In this document: in pieces, positions 27,857 through 38,212 of the stretch
Numbering within the stretch: position 1 is the stretch's first letter
How the letters are laid out: each line of letters opens with the position of its first letter
Assembly: GCA_964512985.1 (NCBI GenBank)
Contig: CAZELI010000001.1
Location: 106,720-170,719 of the forward strand
Source: an uncultured Gammaproteobacteria bacterium
GTDB lineage: Bacteria; Cyanobacteriota; Vampirovibrionia; LMEP-6097
Direction of reading: 5' to 3'
DNA length: 64,000 nucleotides
The notes under the pieces: model-generated
What the model saw: the letters and a program-made list of their open reading frames with translations, nothing else
Told to the model about the DNA's origin: nothing
Database searches by the model: none
Program-made: the position numbers and the translations under genes

Positions 27857-30106
27857 ATGCGTAGAGTCACAAACCTCACCTTAACTTTAATAATATTATT
27901 TGGAACGGCGAGACCTGCGCTAACGAACTCGTTTGCACCAGCTCCATATAAACTTCAAGAGCAAGAATTAATCGCAGCAGTTTCCTTAGCTAAAACTCCA
28001 TTCATTGCAGCTAAGCCAGTTGAGGAAGAAGATGATTGGGATGATGAAGAGGACTGGGACGACGATAATGGATTCTATGAAGAAGATGAAGAAGAGGACT
28101 ATACTCCAGTCGTTAACCCTGCTGCTTCTAAACAAGTAACAGCTCCAACCGAAACTACCACCACGACAACCATTGCGCCTACTGTGACAGCAAGTCCAGC
28201 TAAGCCAGTGGTAACAGCTCCAGCGAAAACGACCACCACCACTACTGTTACACCAACTGCAACAACTACGACAACAACCACTACACCAGTGACAACAACT
28301 TCTACACTTGCAACTAAAGAAGCAAATGATGCAAAGGTAGACGCAGACTTAGCTGTCAAGGTTCAACGTGACTTAGAGAAGGCAGAGGCACAGAAAAGAA
28401 CAAATTATGTCACGTTAGCTAATACCTTTGATAGAACCCCAGAAGATTTTGCTAGATTATATTCGCAGTATGGTGATTTACTTGCAGGCTTAAACCCTGA
28501 AGACCCTAAAGATCTAAAAGAGATTGAGAAACTAATAGAGATAGTTGGAATACCTAAAAGAGAAAGAACTCCTCGTAAAGAAGCAACCCTGAAACAAGCT
28601 CCTAGTGAGGATCCTATAGTTAATTTCTCTGCTAGAAATATTGCTACCAGAGATGCATTTGCAACTTTAGCAAGAGTATCTGGTAAGAGTATAACTGTCA
28701 GCGGTTCTGTTCAGGATAGAGATACTATCTCTGTTGTTGAAATTAATAATCAGCCTTTTACTAAGGCATTTATGAGTTTAGTGGATGCTGCTGATGTAGA
28801 CTTTCGTAGAAGCGGAGATAACTATACTATTCTCAAGAAACAAGGAGGCAAAGGAACTAGCTTGATAGCTGGCTTTGATACTTCTGATATAGATTTAACC
28901 TTGCCACTTGAAGAGAGATACGCTGATCTTACTTATGATAATGAAGACCTATCGAGCATCATTAAAGACCTCGCTAATACTTATGGTGTGGATGTGGTAA
29001 TGACTGCTAATCCTACCGACAGAATTACTCTTAAAGTTAGAGGCGTTAATATAGATGATGCTTTTGAATTACTGTTTGCAGGTAGTCAGTTTAATTACAC
29101 TAAGAAGGGTGAGACCTATGTGGTTTATAGTTCTACTAATAAAAACTTCTCACTTGATAATAGAACGGTACTTTTTCCGCTTAAATACTTAGAAGCGCAG
29201 GAGGCTAATAAGTTATTGCCAGCTGAACTTAAAAATTTAGTACAAGTTAGTGCTAATCAGAACGCGTTTATCGCAGACGGTTCTAAACAACAATTAACTC
29301 AGCTCTATGATTTCATTCGAACTATCGACAAACCAATTCCACAAGTAGAATTGGTGGTGAAATTAGTAGAAGTCTCTAAGGATTTTACTCAGACGCATAA
29401 CATTTATCAAACGCCATTCTCTATTGGTAGAATCGGTACAACAACGACTACAACTGGGACTGGGACAGACACTACTACCGCTGCTCGTGGTTTTAACTTG
29501 CATATGGGTCCAGAGAATTGGGGAGTTTTTGCTAATACTCCTACTTTCTCACAAACAAATGCCAACGCACAGATCAAAGTTAATCAAAGATTGTTAGTAA
29601 CGAGTGGCAAGAGCGCTAAGATTAATTTCGATCAAGATGTAAACGTAGTTTTAAATAAAGCTGGTTCGGTTGGAACTGGTTCTATTGCAGCTCAACAACA
29701 ATCTATTAACAGAGTCACTGCAGGTAATTCTATGGATATCACTCCTATAGTAGGTGGTGGTGGCGTAGTGACGGTGAAGGTAGAGGTAGAAGTATCTGTC
29801 AACGGTACTATAGATGAAACTACTGGTGTACCTCAACAGACGGTTAGAAGAAGAATATCTTCTGAGATTCAAATCGTAAATCATGAAACTATTGCTATTG
29901 GTGGATTATTTGATGACAGAAAAGGCTTTACTAGAAATAATGAGATTCCGATACTCAGTAAGATACCTATTATAGGGAGCTTGTTTGGTAATAATTCAAG
30001 AAATAAAAACCTAAGAGAGCTTCTAATACTTATTACTCCACATATTAGAACAGGAGATGAAGTGGAAGAAGTTTATTTACAAGCAGATGGAGCATCATAT
30101 AAGTGA
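27857..30106 (+). CDS. secretin (PilQ/GspD family) with signal peptide, acidic DE/W stretch and Thr-rich linker
   Basis: C-terminal secretin signature IPILSKIPIIGSLFGNNSRNKNLRELLILITPHI, N0-like domains, and EEEDDWDDEEDWDDD plus a T-run. Confidence 0.8.
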   Translation: MRRVTNLTLTLIILFGTARPALTNSFAPAPYKLQEQELIAAVSLAKTPFIAAKPVEEEDDWDDEEDWDDDNGFYEEDEEEDYTPVVNPAASKQVTAPTETTTTTTIAPTVTASPAKPVVTAPAKTTTTTTVTPTATTTTTTTTPVTTTSTLATKEANDAKVDADLAVKVQRDLEKAEAQKRTNYVTLANTFDRTPEDFARLYSQYGDLLAGLNPEDPKDLKEIEKLIEIVGIPKRERTPRKEATLKQAPSEDPIVNFSARNIATRDAFATLARVSGKSITVSGSVQDRDTISVVEINNQPFTKAFMSLVDAADVDFRRSGDNYTILKKQGGKGTSLIAGFDTSDIDLTLPLEERYADLTYDNEDLSSIIKDLANTYGVDVVMTANPTDRITLKVRGVNIDDAFELLFAGSQFNYTKKGETYVVYSSTNKNFSLDNRTVLFPLKYLEAQEANKLLPAELKNLVQVSANQNAFIADGSKQQLTQLYDFIRTIDKPIPQVELVVKLVEVSKDFTQTHNIYQTPFSIGRIGTTTTTTGTGTDTTTAARGFNLHMGPENWGVFANTPTFSQTNANAQIKVNQRLLVTSGKSAKINFDQDVNVVLNKAGSVGTGSIAAQQQSINRVTAGNSMDITPIVGGGGVVTVKVEVEVSVNGTIDETTGVPQQTVRRRISSEIQIVNHETIAIGGLFDDRKGFTRNNEIPILSKIPIIGSLFGNNSRNKNLRELLILITPHIRTGDEVEEVYLQADGASYK

Positions 30107-30717
30107 GAAAATTTATACCATTAGTTGTAGTTATGTTCTTCTTGTCCTTAGCTCAACCAGCTAAAAGTTTTCTGGAATTTGAGCAATTTCTTATTCCGTT
30201 TAAAAAGAAACATATTCAAACAGTAAAAATTATTAATCATCCTGGTGTTCCAGTACAGATACTCAGTGCCCAAGTTGCTGATAAAGGTTCTAGTAGGACT
30301 AAGACGTTGACTGGTATTTTTAATGATTTTAATGTACAGGTTCTCAATACTAGTGGTAAGGATGTGATGTCATATAGAGTTGCTTGGACGCTAAAACTCC
30401 CATTCCAGGATTGGGTTGACCAGAGGACTGAAGTGAATAGTATCGATTTATTGCTTGCTGGTAAAGAACAAACCTTACATTTTAAGAAGGATAAATATTT
30501 TCGAGATGATGCTTATTACTATGTAGAGATTATAAAAGTCCAGTTTAGTGATGAAGAAATCTGGGAAGCTCCTGAAATAGAAGAGACTCTGATACGAGCT
30601 GATAAAATTAAAGATGAAATAAACTCTATAGAAGAGAAATCTATAGAAAACATGAGCCTGGATGAAATTAAGCAGCAAATGCAACAAAGCACTAATGGTG
30701 CGGAATTAGTTAAATAA
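30103..30717 (+). CDS. secreted hypothetical protein, translationally coupled to secretin
   Basis: GTG start overlaps the secretin TGA (GTGA). Signal peptide MRKFIPLVVVMFFLSLAQPAKS. Confidence 0.5.
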   Translation: MRKFIPLVVVMFFLSLAQPAKSFLEFEQFLIPFKKKHIQTVKIINHPGVPVQILSAQVADKGSSRTKTLTGIFNDFNVQVLNTSGKDVMSYRVAWTLKLPFQDWVDQRTEVNSIDLLLAGKEQTLHFKKDKYFRDDAYYYVEIIKVQFSDEEIWEAPEIEETLIRADKIKDEINSIEEKSIENMSLDEIKQQMQQSTNGAELVK

Positions 30718-30759
30718 GCGGAACCCCCTTCCCATCCCGGTTAGGGATTTTATAATAAA
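30717..30759 (+). terminator. family D hairpin + T-rich, copy 2
   Basis: gcggaacccccttcccatcccggttagggattttat. A third, reversed copy is at 43192-43215. Confidence 0.4.
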
Positions 30760-30799
30760 GATCTAGGATGACTAATTACAAATAAGTTAAAATGACAAT

Positions 30800-31003
30800 A
30801 TGCCTGAAGAAGAAGTTATAGACGCAGAGTCTAGTACCTTAAATAAGAACATGGGCCCTCTGGATCATTTACGCCATTTACTTAATATCGGCTGGAGTCC
30901 AAACACGCCTTTAGTAGTGAAGTTTGTTGAGAAACATGGACTTGATGACGATGTGCGTGAACTAGTAAAAGAAATTCAAAGAAACAAGAATGCTAATGCA
31001 TAG
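30800..31003 (+). CDS. small hypothetical protein (67 aa)
   Basis: ORF overlapping the start of the recombinase-like gene. No motif. Confidence 0.3.
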   Translation: MPEEEVIDAESSTLNKNMGPLDHLRHLLNIGWSPNTPLVVKFVEKHGLDDDVRELVKEIQRNKNANA

Positions 31004-31814
31004 TAATTACATCCTCAATGAAGAATTATTAAAATATTTCATTCAATATTTAGAAGAGAATACTAATAAATCAGCAGGCACTATTGCAAACATTAATAGA
31101 GATATAAGAGCTTTTATTGATTACCTTAGAGACTGTGATGATGCCAGTATCCAAGCTAAATTTATCACTCGTTATATTAATGAACTTGAAGAGCAATATA
31201 TGGAATCAAGTTTTATTTCTAAGTTAAGTAGCTTGCGTCAGTTTGTTAATTGGTTGAATTTAGACAATAATCCTTTCTGGAAGCTTAAGTTCTCCTTTAA
31301 CCATGAAGCTTTGAACTATTATAAAGAGAACGAGATCTTTGATAGGTTTACTGATGTTTTTAGCTATGAGCTATTGGTGATTCGTATGATTTATGAATTG
31401 TATCTTTCGCAAGATGAATTAGTTGCTTTAAATTTAGAGAATTATAATTTAGCGAGTAATAGTTTTAATTATAGAGATAGTAGAATAGAGATCTCTGATA
31501 ATTTGGCTAATCTTATGAGAATATATTTGAAAGAATATAGACCTAAGTTAGTTCCTGAAACTCAATCTGTGACGTTGAAAGACCCCTTATTTATAGATCC
31601 TGATGTACCTAAAATCCTGCAAAGTAATGAATTGAAACATACTTACTTAAAGCGCAGTAGAATTATGAATCTTTTAGACCAAGGTTTAAGCTTAGAAGAG
31701 ATAGAAGAGAAGCTTGCTATTAAGCTAAGTAATTTTTATAGACCTTTTGTTAAAGAGCAAGATTATAGACTTGCTAAAGCTTATAAAGACTTTCATCCAA
31801 GGGCAGGGCTCTAA
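30990..31814 (+). CDS. XerC/XerD-family tyrosine recombinase homolog, catalytically degenerate
   Basis: The N-terminal core-binding pattern (LLKYFIQYLEENTNKSAGTIANINRDI) and the C-terminal ...FHPRAGL match XerD's ...HHPRA end. The catalytic Arg I (GLRVSEL becomes LYLSQDEL) and His II appear to be lost. Confidence 0.55.
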   Translation: MLMHSNYILNEELLKYFIQYLEENTNKSAGTIANINRDIRAFIDYLRDCDDASIQAKFITRYINELEEQYMESSFISKLSSLRQFVNWLNLDNNPFWKLKFSFNHEALNYYKENEIFDRFTDVFSYELLVIRMIYELYLSQDELVALNLENYNLASNSFNYRDSRIEISDNLANLMRIYLKEYRPKLVPETQSVTLKDPLFIDPDVPKILQSNELKHTYLKRSRIMNLLDQGLSLEEIEEKLAIKLSNFYRPFVKEQDYRLAKAYKDFHPRAGL

Positions 31815-32050
31815 TTCTTACTAGTAATTTCCAAAGCTTTCTCAAGTGTTTTGATCTTAGATTCTAATTGTTTCACTTGATCGCTTAGTACTTCGTTTTT
31901 AAGTTTGAGATCATTTCCAGAGCCTGTTAGCACAGAGGATTTAGACTGAGATTTATTGCGGATTAGTAAACCAATAACCAAACCGATGATTAGACCAATA
32001 ATTAATGGTAAGCCAAATTGGATAATTAGATCTAGGTAATGAGTGTCCAT
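31811..32050 (-). CDS. small membrane-anchored coiled-coil protein (79 aa)
   Basis: A single TM (LIIGLIIGLVIGLLI) followed by a coiled coil. Confidence 0.4.
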   Translation of the reverse strand: MDTHYLDLIIQFGLPLIIGLIIGLVIGLLIRNKSQSKSSVLTGSGNDLKLKNEVLSDQVKQLESKIKTLEKALEITSKN

Positions 32051-32072
32051 TAAAATAAATTATATCATTACC

Positions 32073-33203
<1,131 letters not shown>

Positions 33204-33262
33204 TTACCAACCTGATAACAATTGCCATACATATCTAGGACAATTGTTCGTACTATAATTAT

Positions 33263-33805
33263 TTGATGAGCAAACATATTATTTTATTAACTATTAGTCT
33301 TCTTTTCATTTCGAATACAATGGTTTTTTCTAAACACGATGAGGGTAATAGTAAATCAAAAAATCCTAATCAGCAAAACGCTTTTAGAGAAGACCATCCA
33401 GTTTTTGGTGATGGTAAAAAGCATCCGGTTCACGATGACAAAGTGATCGGCAAATATAAACATAACTCTTATACAAATGATAGTCATGAGAAATATAAAG
33501 AATCAAATACCATCAGTAGTCTTGATAGAACAAGAATAAATAATTTGATTGAAGATATTGATAACTTATTTACTGAAAGAGAAAAATTACAAACAACAAA
33601 AGCTAAACTCAAAAATTATTTAAGTTCTCAACCAGAAGGCTTTACTGCTACATGGAAAAGGACTAGGCTTAAAATAGTTAATAGCCAATTAGCAGCTAAT
33701 AAAAAACAATTGATAAAAGCTATTGATAAGCTTGCAATCTTAAGCGCTAATGATGCAGACTTGAGTAGACGAGTTGGAAATTACAACAAAAGAATAAACA
33801 GGTAA
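33263..33805 (+). CDS. secreted His/Lys-rich coiled-coil protein
   Basis: Signal peptide, then His-rich HPVHDDK...KYKHNSY, then a coiled coil. Confidence 0.45.
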   Translation: MMSKHIILLTISLLFISNTMVFSKHDEGNSKSKNPNQQNAFREDHPVFGDGKKHPVHDDKVIGKYKHNSYTNDSHEKYKESNTISSLDRTRINNLIEDIDNLFTEREKLQTTKAKLKNYLSSQPEGFTATWKRTRLKIVNSQLAANKKQLIKAIDKLAILSANDADLSRRVGNYNKRINR

Positions 33806-33834
33806 TTAAGAAACGTAAATTAAAATAGGGCAGC

Positions 33835-34260
33835 TTGATTAACGAATATAGTTCTCAAGGTAGTATAATTATTGATATGAAGAAAGCAACCGAGAATTGG
33901 TTGAAAATAGCCAAATATGATTTAAAAGTTGCTAATGATAACTACAAGCTTGCTAACTTTATAACTGTGGTTGAGAAGTGTCATTGCTCACTTGAAAAAC
34001 TTCTTAAAGGGATTATTACTGAGAATAATAAGGAGCCTCAAAAAATTCATGATCTTCTTAGATTAGCTTCAGAAGCTATGATTACTGATCTTCAAGAAGA
34101 AACTTTAAGAGTAATGCGAGAGCTTGATCAAGCGTTTATGAGTACTAGGTACCCTGATGAATATGAATATCTATATAAAGATTTAGATGAACATAAAACA
34201 AAGGATATTTTAGATAAATCTAAGGATATATTTAAATGGCTGGAAAAAAAAATAAAATAG
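33835..34260 (+). CDS. HEPN domain protein (HEPN/MNT toxin-antitoxin partner)
   Basis: Helical HEPN pattern with an R-x4-6-H-like region (STRYPDEY) and IHDLLRLA. It overlaps the downstream MNT gene. Confidence 0.65.
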   Translation: MINEYSSQGSIIIDMKKATENWLKIAKYDLKVANDNYKLANFITVVEKCHCSLEKLLKGIITENNKEPQKIHDLLRLASEAMITDLQEETLRVMRELDQAFMSTRYPDEYEYLYKDLDEHKTKDILDKSKDIFKWLEKKIK

Positions 34261-34631
34261 AATTAAATGATTTCTTAAATAGAGTAGTTACAAAGATTGT
34301 GACTAATTTAGATATTGATGAGATCTTACTTTTTGGTTCATATGCAAAGGGACAAGAAACTGATTGTAGTGATATAGATATCGCAGTTATTTCCCCTGAA
34401 TTTGATTCGGAAAAATCTATGTATGCTAATGCTATGAAAATTTATGCTAAAACAGATCTACTTGAACCATATTTACAGTTGGTGCCGCTTGCATCTGATC
34501 GATATTATAACGAAACTTTTATTGATCCAGGTTTCATAAGATCAATCAAGGAAACAGGAAGAAAAATATATTCAAAAGAGCAAGGCATAAGCCGACTACT
34601 AATTGAAAATGGGGCAGCTGATGGGACTTGA
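34236..34631 (+). CDS. minimal nucleotidyltransferase (MNT)
   Basis: LLFGSYAKGQETDCSDIDIAV NTase motif. The last 7 codons are encoded by the att-core repeat. Confidence 0.8.
   Translation: MAGKKNKIELNDFLNRVVTKIVTNLDIDEILLFGSYAKGQETDCSDIDIAVISPEFDSEKSMYANAMKIYAKTDLLEPYLQLVPLASDRYYNETFIDPGFIRSIKETGRKIYSKEQGISRLLIENGAADGT
34609..34626. repeat. att-core direct repeat 1 (copy of tRNA-His 3' end)
   Basis: atggggcagctgatggga is identical to tRNA-His 3'-end sequence found at 38595-38613. Confidence 0.75.
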
Positions 34632-34880
34632 ATTAAAAAATATGTCGTTAAGGCAAAGCTAGTAAGAACTTCGAGGCTGGTAATATTGATACTTGGATGA
34701 AGTCATTGCTTAAAGCAACTAGTGAGTTAATTGAAAATCCGATTCATTAAAAGAAACGCTCTTTTCATCTCTTCTATTGTCTTTAAATCAGCAAGATCTT
34801 TAAGTAGTTGAAATCTGAGATAAGTTTAATGGAATTTATTTAAAAATATGCTACGCTTACATATATAAGGATGCTGTTGT

Positions 34881-35753
34881 ATGAGCATAGTCAAAGAAAT
34901 TCATATAGATACAGAAGATTATCCAATAGTTGATAGCTCTATTATTGATTTGCTTTCAGATTTAAAATTCAATTATAGCGAAGATACATACAACCATAAA
35001 AAATTAGCAGGGTTTTTGATGGATAAAGATCTGATACTTTTTAATATCATAATTAATAGACTAGATCCTCGCCTATCTAATAAAAAAGAGTTTGTTGAAA
35101 AACATAGAGAAAAGATTTTCAGCAAGTATAAAGAACTCATTTGGAAAGAGCTAGAGAGAGATTATGGTGGTTATAACCTTCTTAATGAGACTTATGGACA
35201 ATGGTTAGATGAATTAAAAACTAACTGGGATAAGAAAAAATATTCAAGTATTGATGATCATATTATGGGTGAAATTATAGAGCCTAAATATAAACAAAAA
35301 ATTCTTAGTAGATATAAAAATCATACTAAGCTAATGCAAGAACGATTTGAGACTTCCAGAAAAAGATATTACAAGCTACCAGAGCCTCTGGACTACATTG
35401 ATTGGCGAACTGCGTATGACAATTTATTTATTTTTATAGACGGTAATAAAAAGTATGTCGCTAGAGGACTTTCTGGTAATTCTAGTGCAAGAGAAATCAA
35501 ATCACGTTTCAGTTATGCTTATGCATTAGTTAATCAAAAACGTCCTATAACCTCATATTTTCTTCTATATAGTTCTAAAAATGAATTATTGCATATGGAT
35601 AAGTTTGAGAATCTATGTATTATTACTAATGATATCGGCTCTAACTATCATGAAACTGTTGATAAAAATATTTTTCAAGGTAGCATGTCAGCTAATTTTG
35701 ACTATTCAAATATATTCAGTCCTAAAAAAATATTTATTAATGATGTGTTTTGA
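34881..35753 (+). CDS. hypothetical protein (290 aa), island cargo
   Basis: No motif. It is 24 nt upstream of the YhcG-like gene. Confidence 0.5.
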   Translation: MSIVKEIHIDTEDYPIVDSSIIDLLSDLKFNYSEDTYNHKKLAGFLMDKDLILFNIIINRLDPRLSNKKEFVEKHREKIFSKYKELIWKELERDYGGYNLLNETYGQWLDELKTNWDKKKYSSIDDHIMGEIIEPKYKQKILSRYKNHTKLMQERFETSRKRYYKLPEPLDYIDWRTAYDNLFIFIDGNKKYVARGLSGNSSAREIKSRFSYAYALVNQKRPITSYFLLYSSKNELLHMDKFENLCIITNDIGSNYHETVDKNIFQGSMSANFDYSNIFSPKKIFINDVF

Positions 35754-35777
35754 TGATTCTAAAGGAAAGATTCTAGA

Positions 35778-36791
35778 ATGGATAAACTCAAAATCAAAAA
35801 AACTTTATATGACAGAGTTGCCCCTATAATTGAGGGTTCTAGAAATAGAATTCTAGCAACTATTAATCAGGAAATAGTCAAAGCCTACTGGCAGATTGGC
35901 AAAGAGATAGTAGAGGAGGAAATGAATGGTAAGGATCGGGCTGAATATGGTAAGGCTATAGTAAAAACTTTATCAGAACAGCTTACAGAAACCTTTGGAA
36001 AGGGCTTTACTAGACGTAATTTATGGCAAATGAGGAAGTTCTATGAAACGTATCCAATTGTGCACGCACTGCGTGCACAATTAAGTTGGACTCATTATAG
36101 GCTATTAATAAGTATAGAAGAGCCTACTAAACGGTCATTTTATGAAATAGAGTCTATCAATAATCAATGGTCAACGAGAGAGCTTGATAGACAAATAAAC
36201 TCCTTATTATTTGAACGATTAACTTTAAGTAAGGAGAAGTCCGAGGTTTTGGCGATTGCAAGAGAGGGTCAGCAAATATCAAACCCTAAGGACTTGATTA
36301 AAGATCCTTATGTTTTAGAATTTTTAGGATTACCACAAAGTGCTAAATTATTCGAGAAAGATCTGGAGTCAGCTTTAATAGAACATTTACAACAATTTTT
36401 ATTGGAGCTTGGTAAAGGCTTTTCTTTCGTAGCAAGACAACAAAGGATTAATATGGATGATGAAAATTTCTACATCGACCTGGTTTTCTTTAATTATCAC
36501 ATCAGATGTTTTGTTCTTATCGATCTTAAAATCGGGAAACTGACTCATCAAGATTTAGGGCAGATGCAGATGTATGTTAATTACTATACTCGTGAGAAAA
36601 TGAACGAGGGAGATCGTGAACCTATTGGTATAGTCTTATGTGCTGATAAAAGTGATGCTGTTGTAAGGTTCACTCTATCAGAGGACAATCAACAGATTTT
36701 TGCCTCTAGGTATAAGCTATATTTGCCCACAGAAGAAGAGTTAAGAACGGAGCTTATTAAAGAGAAAGAGATTTTGGAAGGGAATTTATAG
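35778..36791 (+). CDS. YhcG/DUF1016-family PDDEXK nuclease-like protein
   Basis: N-terminal DUF1016 pattern (WQIGKEIVEEE...RRNLWQMRKFYETYP) and C-terminal PD-(D/E)xK-like IDLVFF...VLIDLKIGK. Confidence 0.75.
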   Translation: MDKLKIKKTLYDRVAPIIEGSRNRILATINQEIVKAYWQIGKEIVEEEMNGKDRAEYGKAIVKTLSEQLTETFGKGFTRRNLWQMRKFYETYPIVHALRAQLSWTHYRLLISIEEPTKRSFYEIESINNQWSTRELDRQINSLLFERLTLSKEKSEVLAIAREGQQISNPKDLIKDPYVLEFLGLPQSAKLFEKDLESALIEHLQQFLLELGKGFSFVARQQRINMDDENFYIDLVFFNYHIRCFVLIDLKIGKLTHQDLGQMQMYVNYYTREKMNEGDREPIGIVLCADKSDAVVRFTLSEDNQQIFASRYKLYLPTEEELRTELIKEKEILEGNL

Positions 36792-36886
36792 TAGGGCACG
36801 CTTGGTTAATGAAGTTCGCCACTCTGATGTTATAAGCTTGTTGGATTTTAGGTTGCTTAGAGAATGGTTGGCGATGGCTACTTAAT

Positions 36887-37429
36887 TTACTTCAATTTTC
36901 TCTCAAGTTCTTTCAAAGTCTCTCTATGCTTGTCTTTGGACATTTTTGAAATATTCTGTAGCTTCCATCGAACCGCAGGAAGTTTATCAATATTTTTAAG
37001 CTCAAGTAAGTCCCAGTCTGGCTTAGCTAATTTAAATGAAATCAAGAATTGTCTTTCCTTGTCGCTAAGACTGTTTTGAGTTAGATCAATAATCTGCTCT
37101 CTAGCTTCTTCAAGTTCAGCTAGTGTTATAGGTTGAGTTGTCATGCCTTCAAAGTTATTCTTAAACTGATCAGTGATATCGATTCTATGAGGATTAATTA
37201 GTTCTGCAATAGGTCGATTATGACTAATAAGGTAAACAATAAAGGTCTTACGCAGTGCTTCTGTAAAGCCCTCGTTCTTCAATAGAAGATTTATATCAAA
37301 TAGATCTCTTGGATGTTGCCTGTCGAGTGCTGCACAAATTTTACCTCCGTATAGATCGTTAAATGAATAGGTTCGGACTTCAGTAAACTTATCAAACTCT
37401 TCTTGAGCTTTCAGGCAGAGTTCTTTCAT
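36887..37429 (-). pseudogene. AbiEii-type toxin remnant lacking the N-terminal nucleotidyltransferase motif
   Basis: It retains only the C-terminal region (YGGKICAALDRQHPRDLFDINLLL). Only 35 codons of open frame lie upstream before a stop, so the GG...DxD catalytic motif seen in the 16394 paralog is absent. Confidence 0.55.
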
Positions 37430-37534
37430 CGAGCAAGGATAAACGGAGCCTCTAATAATGTCATTGCAAAATCTTCCAATTCTGTGAGTATCGGCAAGAC
37501 CGTTAATAATAGGTCTACTTGATCATAGTATTTC

Positions 37535-38212
37535 CTATTCATTTACTTGAAATCCTTTTGGGTAGGTGATTTGATACTGGGAGTCAAAGTTACCACCAGG
37601 CACAACAACTCTTTTACCTGATCCTAAATTTATCCTATCAAAATCTATTTTTTTTAGACATGGCAATTTAGCTTTATCTGCCATAAAGAGAAAAAGCCTT
37701 TTAACTTTGATAGATTTACATTCTTCTAATAAGCTCTGCAAGACTTTGGGACGCATATCCATAAGCCCTTCCATTAAGTAATAGCATTCTTGAAAATCTT
37801 GTTGTTTGGGTACTAGGAATAGGGCTTCTAATATTGCTCTTTCTGGACTAGATATCTGTAACTTAAAATTTCCCATGTCTAATTCTTTGAGAGCTGTACT
37901 TGGATTTAAGAATTGAGTCTTTATTAGAGCAAGATTCGAGTGCCAGTTGTGTGTCTTAAACCACTTAGGTAAATTAGCCTTAGAAGAAGTGAATAAAAAA
38001 GATTGATTGAGATTAAAGTTTACATTGTGAGACTTGCCAAGTAGCTCAAGAGCGGTTCTTCCACCAACATGAATATCTAGTTTAAGTTGTTTCTGGATTG
38101 CATAGAGTGCCCCTTCCCAAGAGATATTGTCGCCATATCTTTTGTAAGCACCAGTGCCTATTGATTCAAGCCAGTTATTATTCTCATATTGATAAGCTGA
38201 TCTTTTATCCAA
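37535..38212 (-). CDS. AbiEi-like antitoxin/regulator
   Basis: VGGRTALELLG and PERAILEALFLVP motifs resemble the AbiEi C-terminal domain. It sits upstream of the toxin remnant. Confidence 0.55.
   Translation of the reverse strand: MDKRSAYQYENNNWLESIGTGAYKRYGDNISWEGALYAIQKQLKLDIHVGGRTALELLGKSHNVNFNLNQSFLFTSSKANLPKWFKTHNWHSNLALIKTQFLNPSTALKELDMGNFKLQISSPERAILEALFLVPKQQDFQECYYLMEGLMDMRPKVLQSLLEECKSIKVKRLFLFMADKAKLPCLKKIDFDRINLGSGKRVVVPGGNFDSQYQITYPKGFQVNE

Noticed and set aside
28140-28330. Low-complexity acc/aca-rich DNA
   Set aside because: It simply encodes the Thr-rich linker of the secretin. It is not an independent repeat element.
20894-30687. ORFs 20894-21121, 21254-21517, 21803-22099, 26866-27144, 27008-27289, 27174-27545, 28099-28359, 29651-29884 and 30475-30687
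   Set aside because: These are frame artefacts inside the aminotransferase, plsC, the ER/K-repeat gene (repeats generate long open frames on both strands), the secretin Thr-run and the coupled secreted-protein gene.
30990-31814. Active island integrase
   Set aside because: The sequence is clearly XerD-derived but lacks the first catalytic Arg and the second His in my alignment. It is reported instead as a degenerate recombinase.
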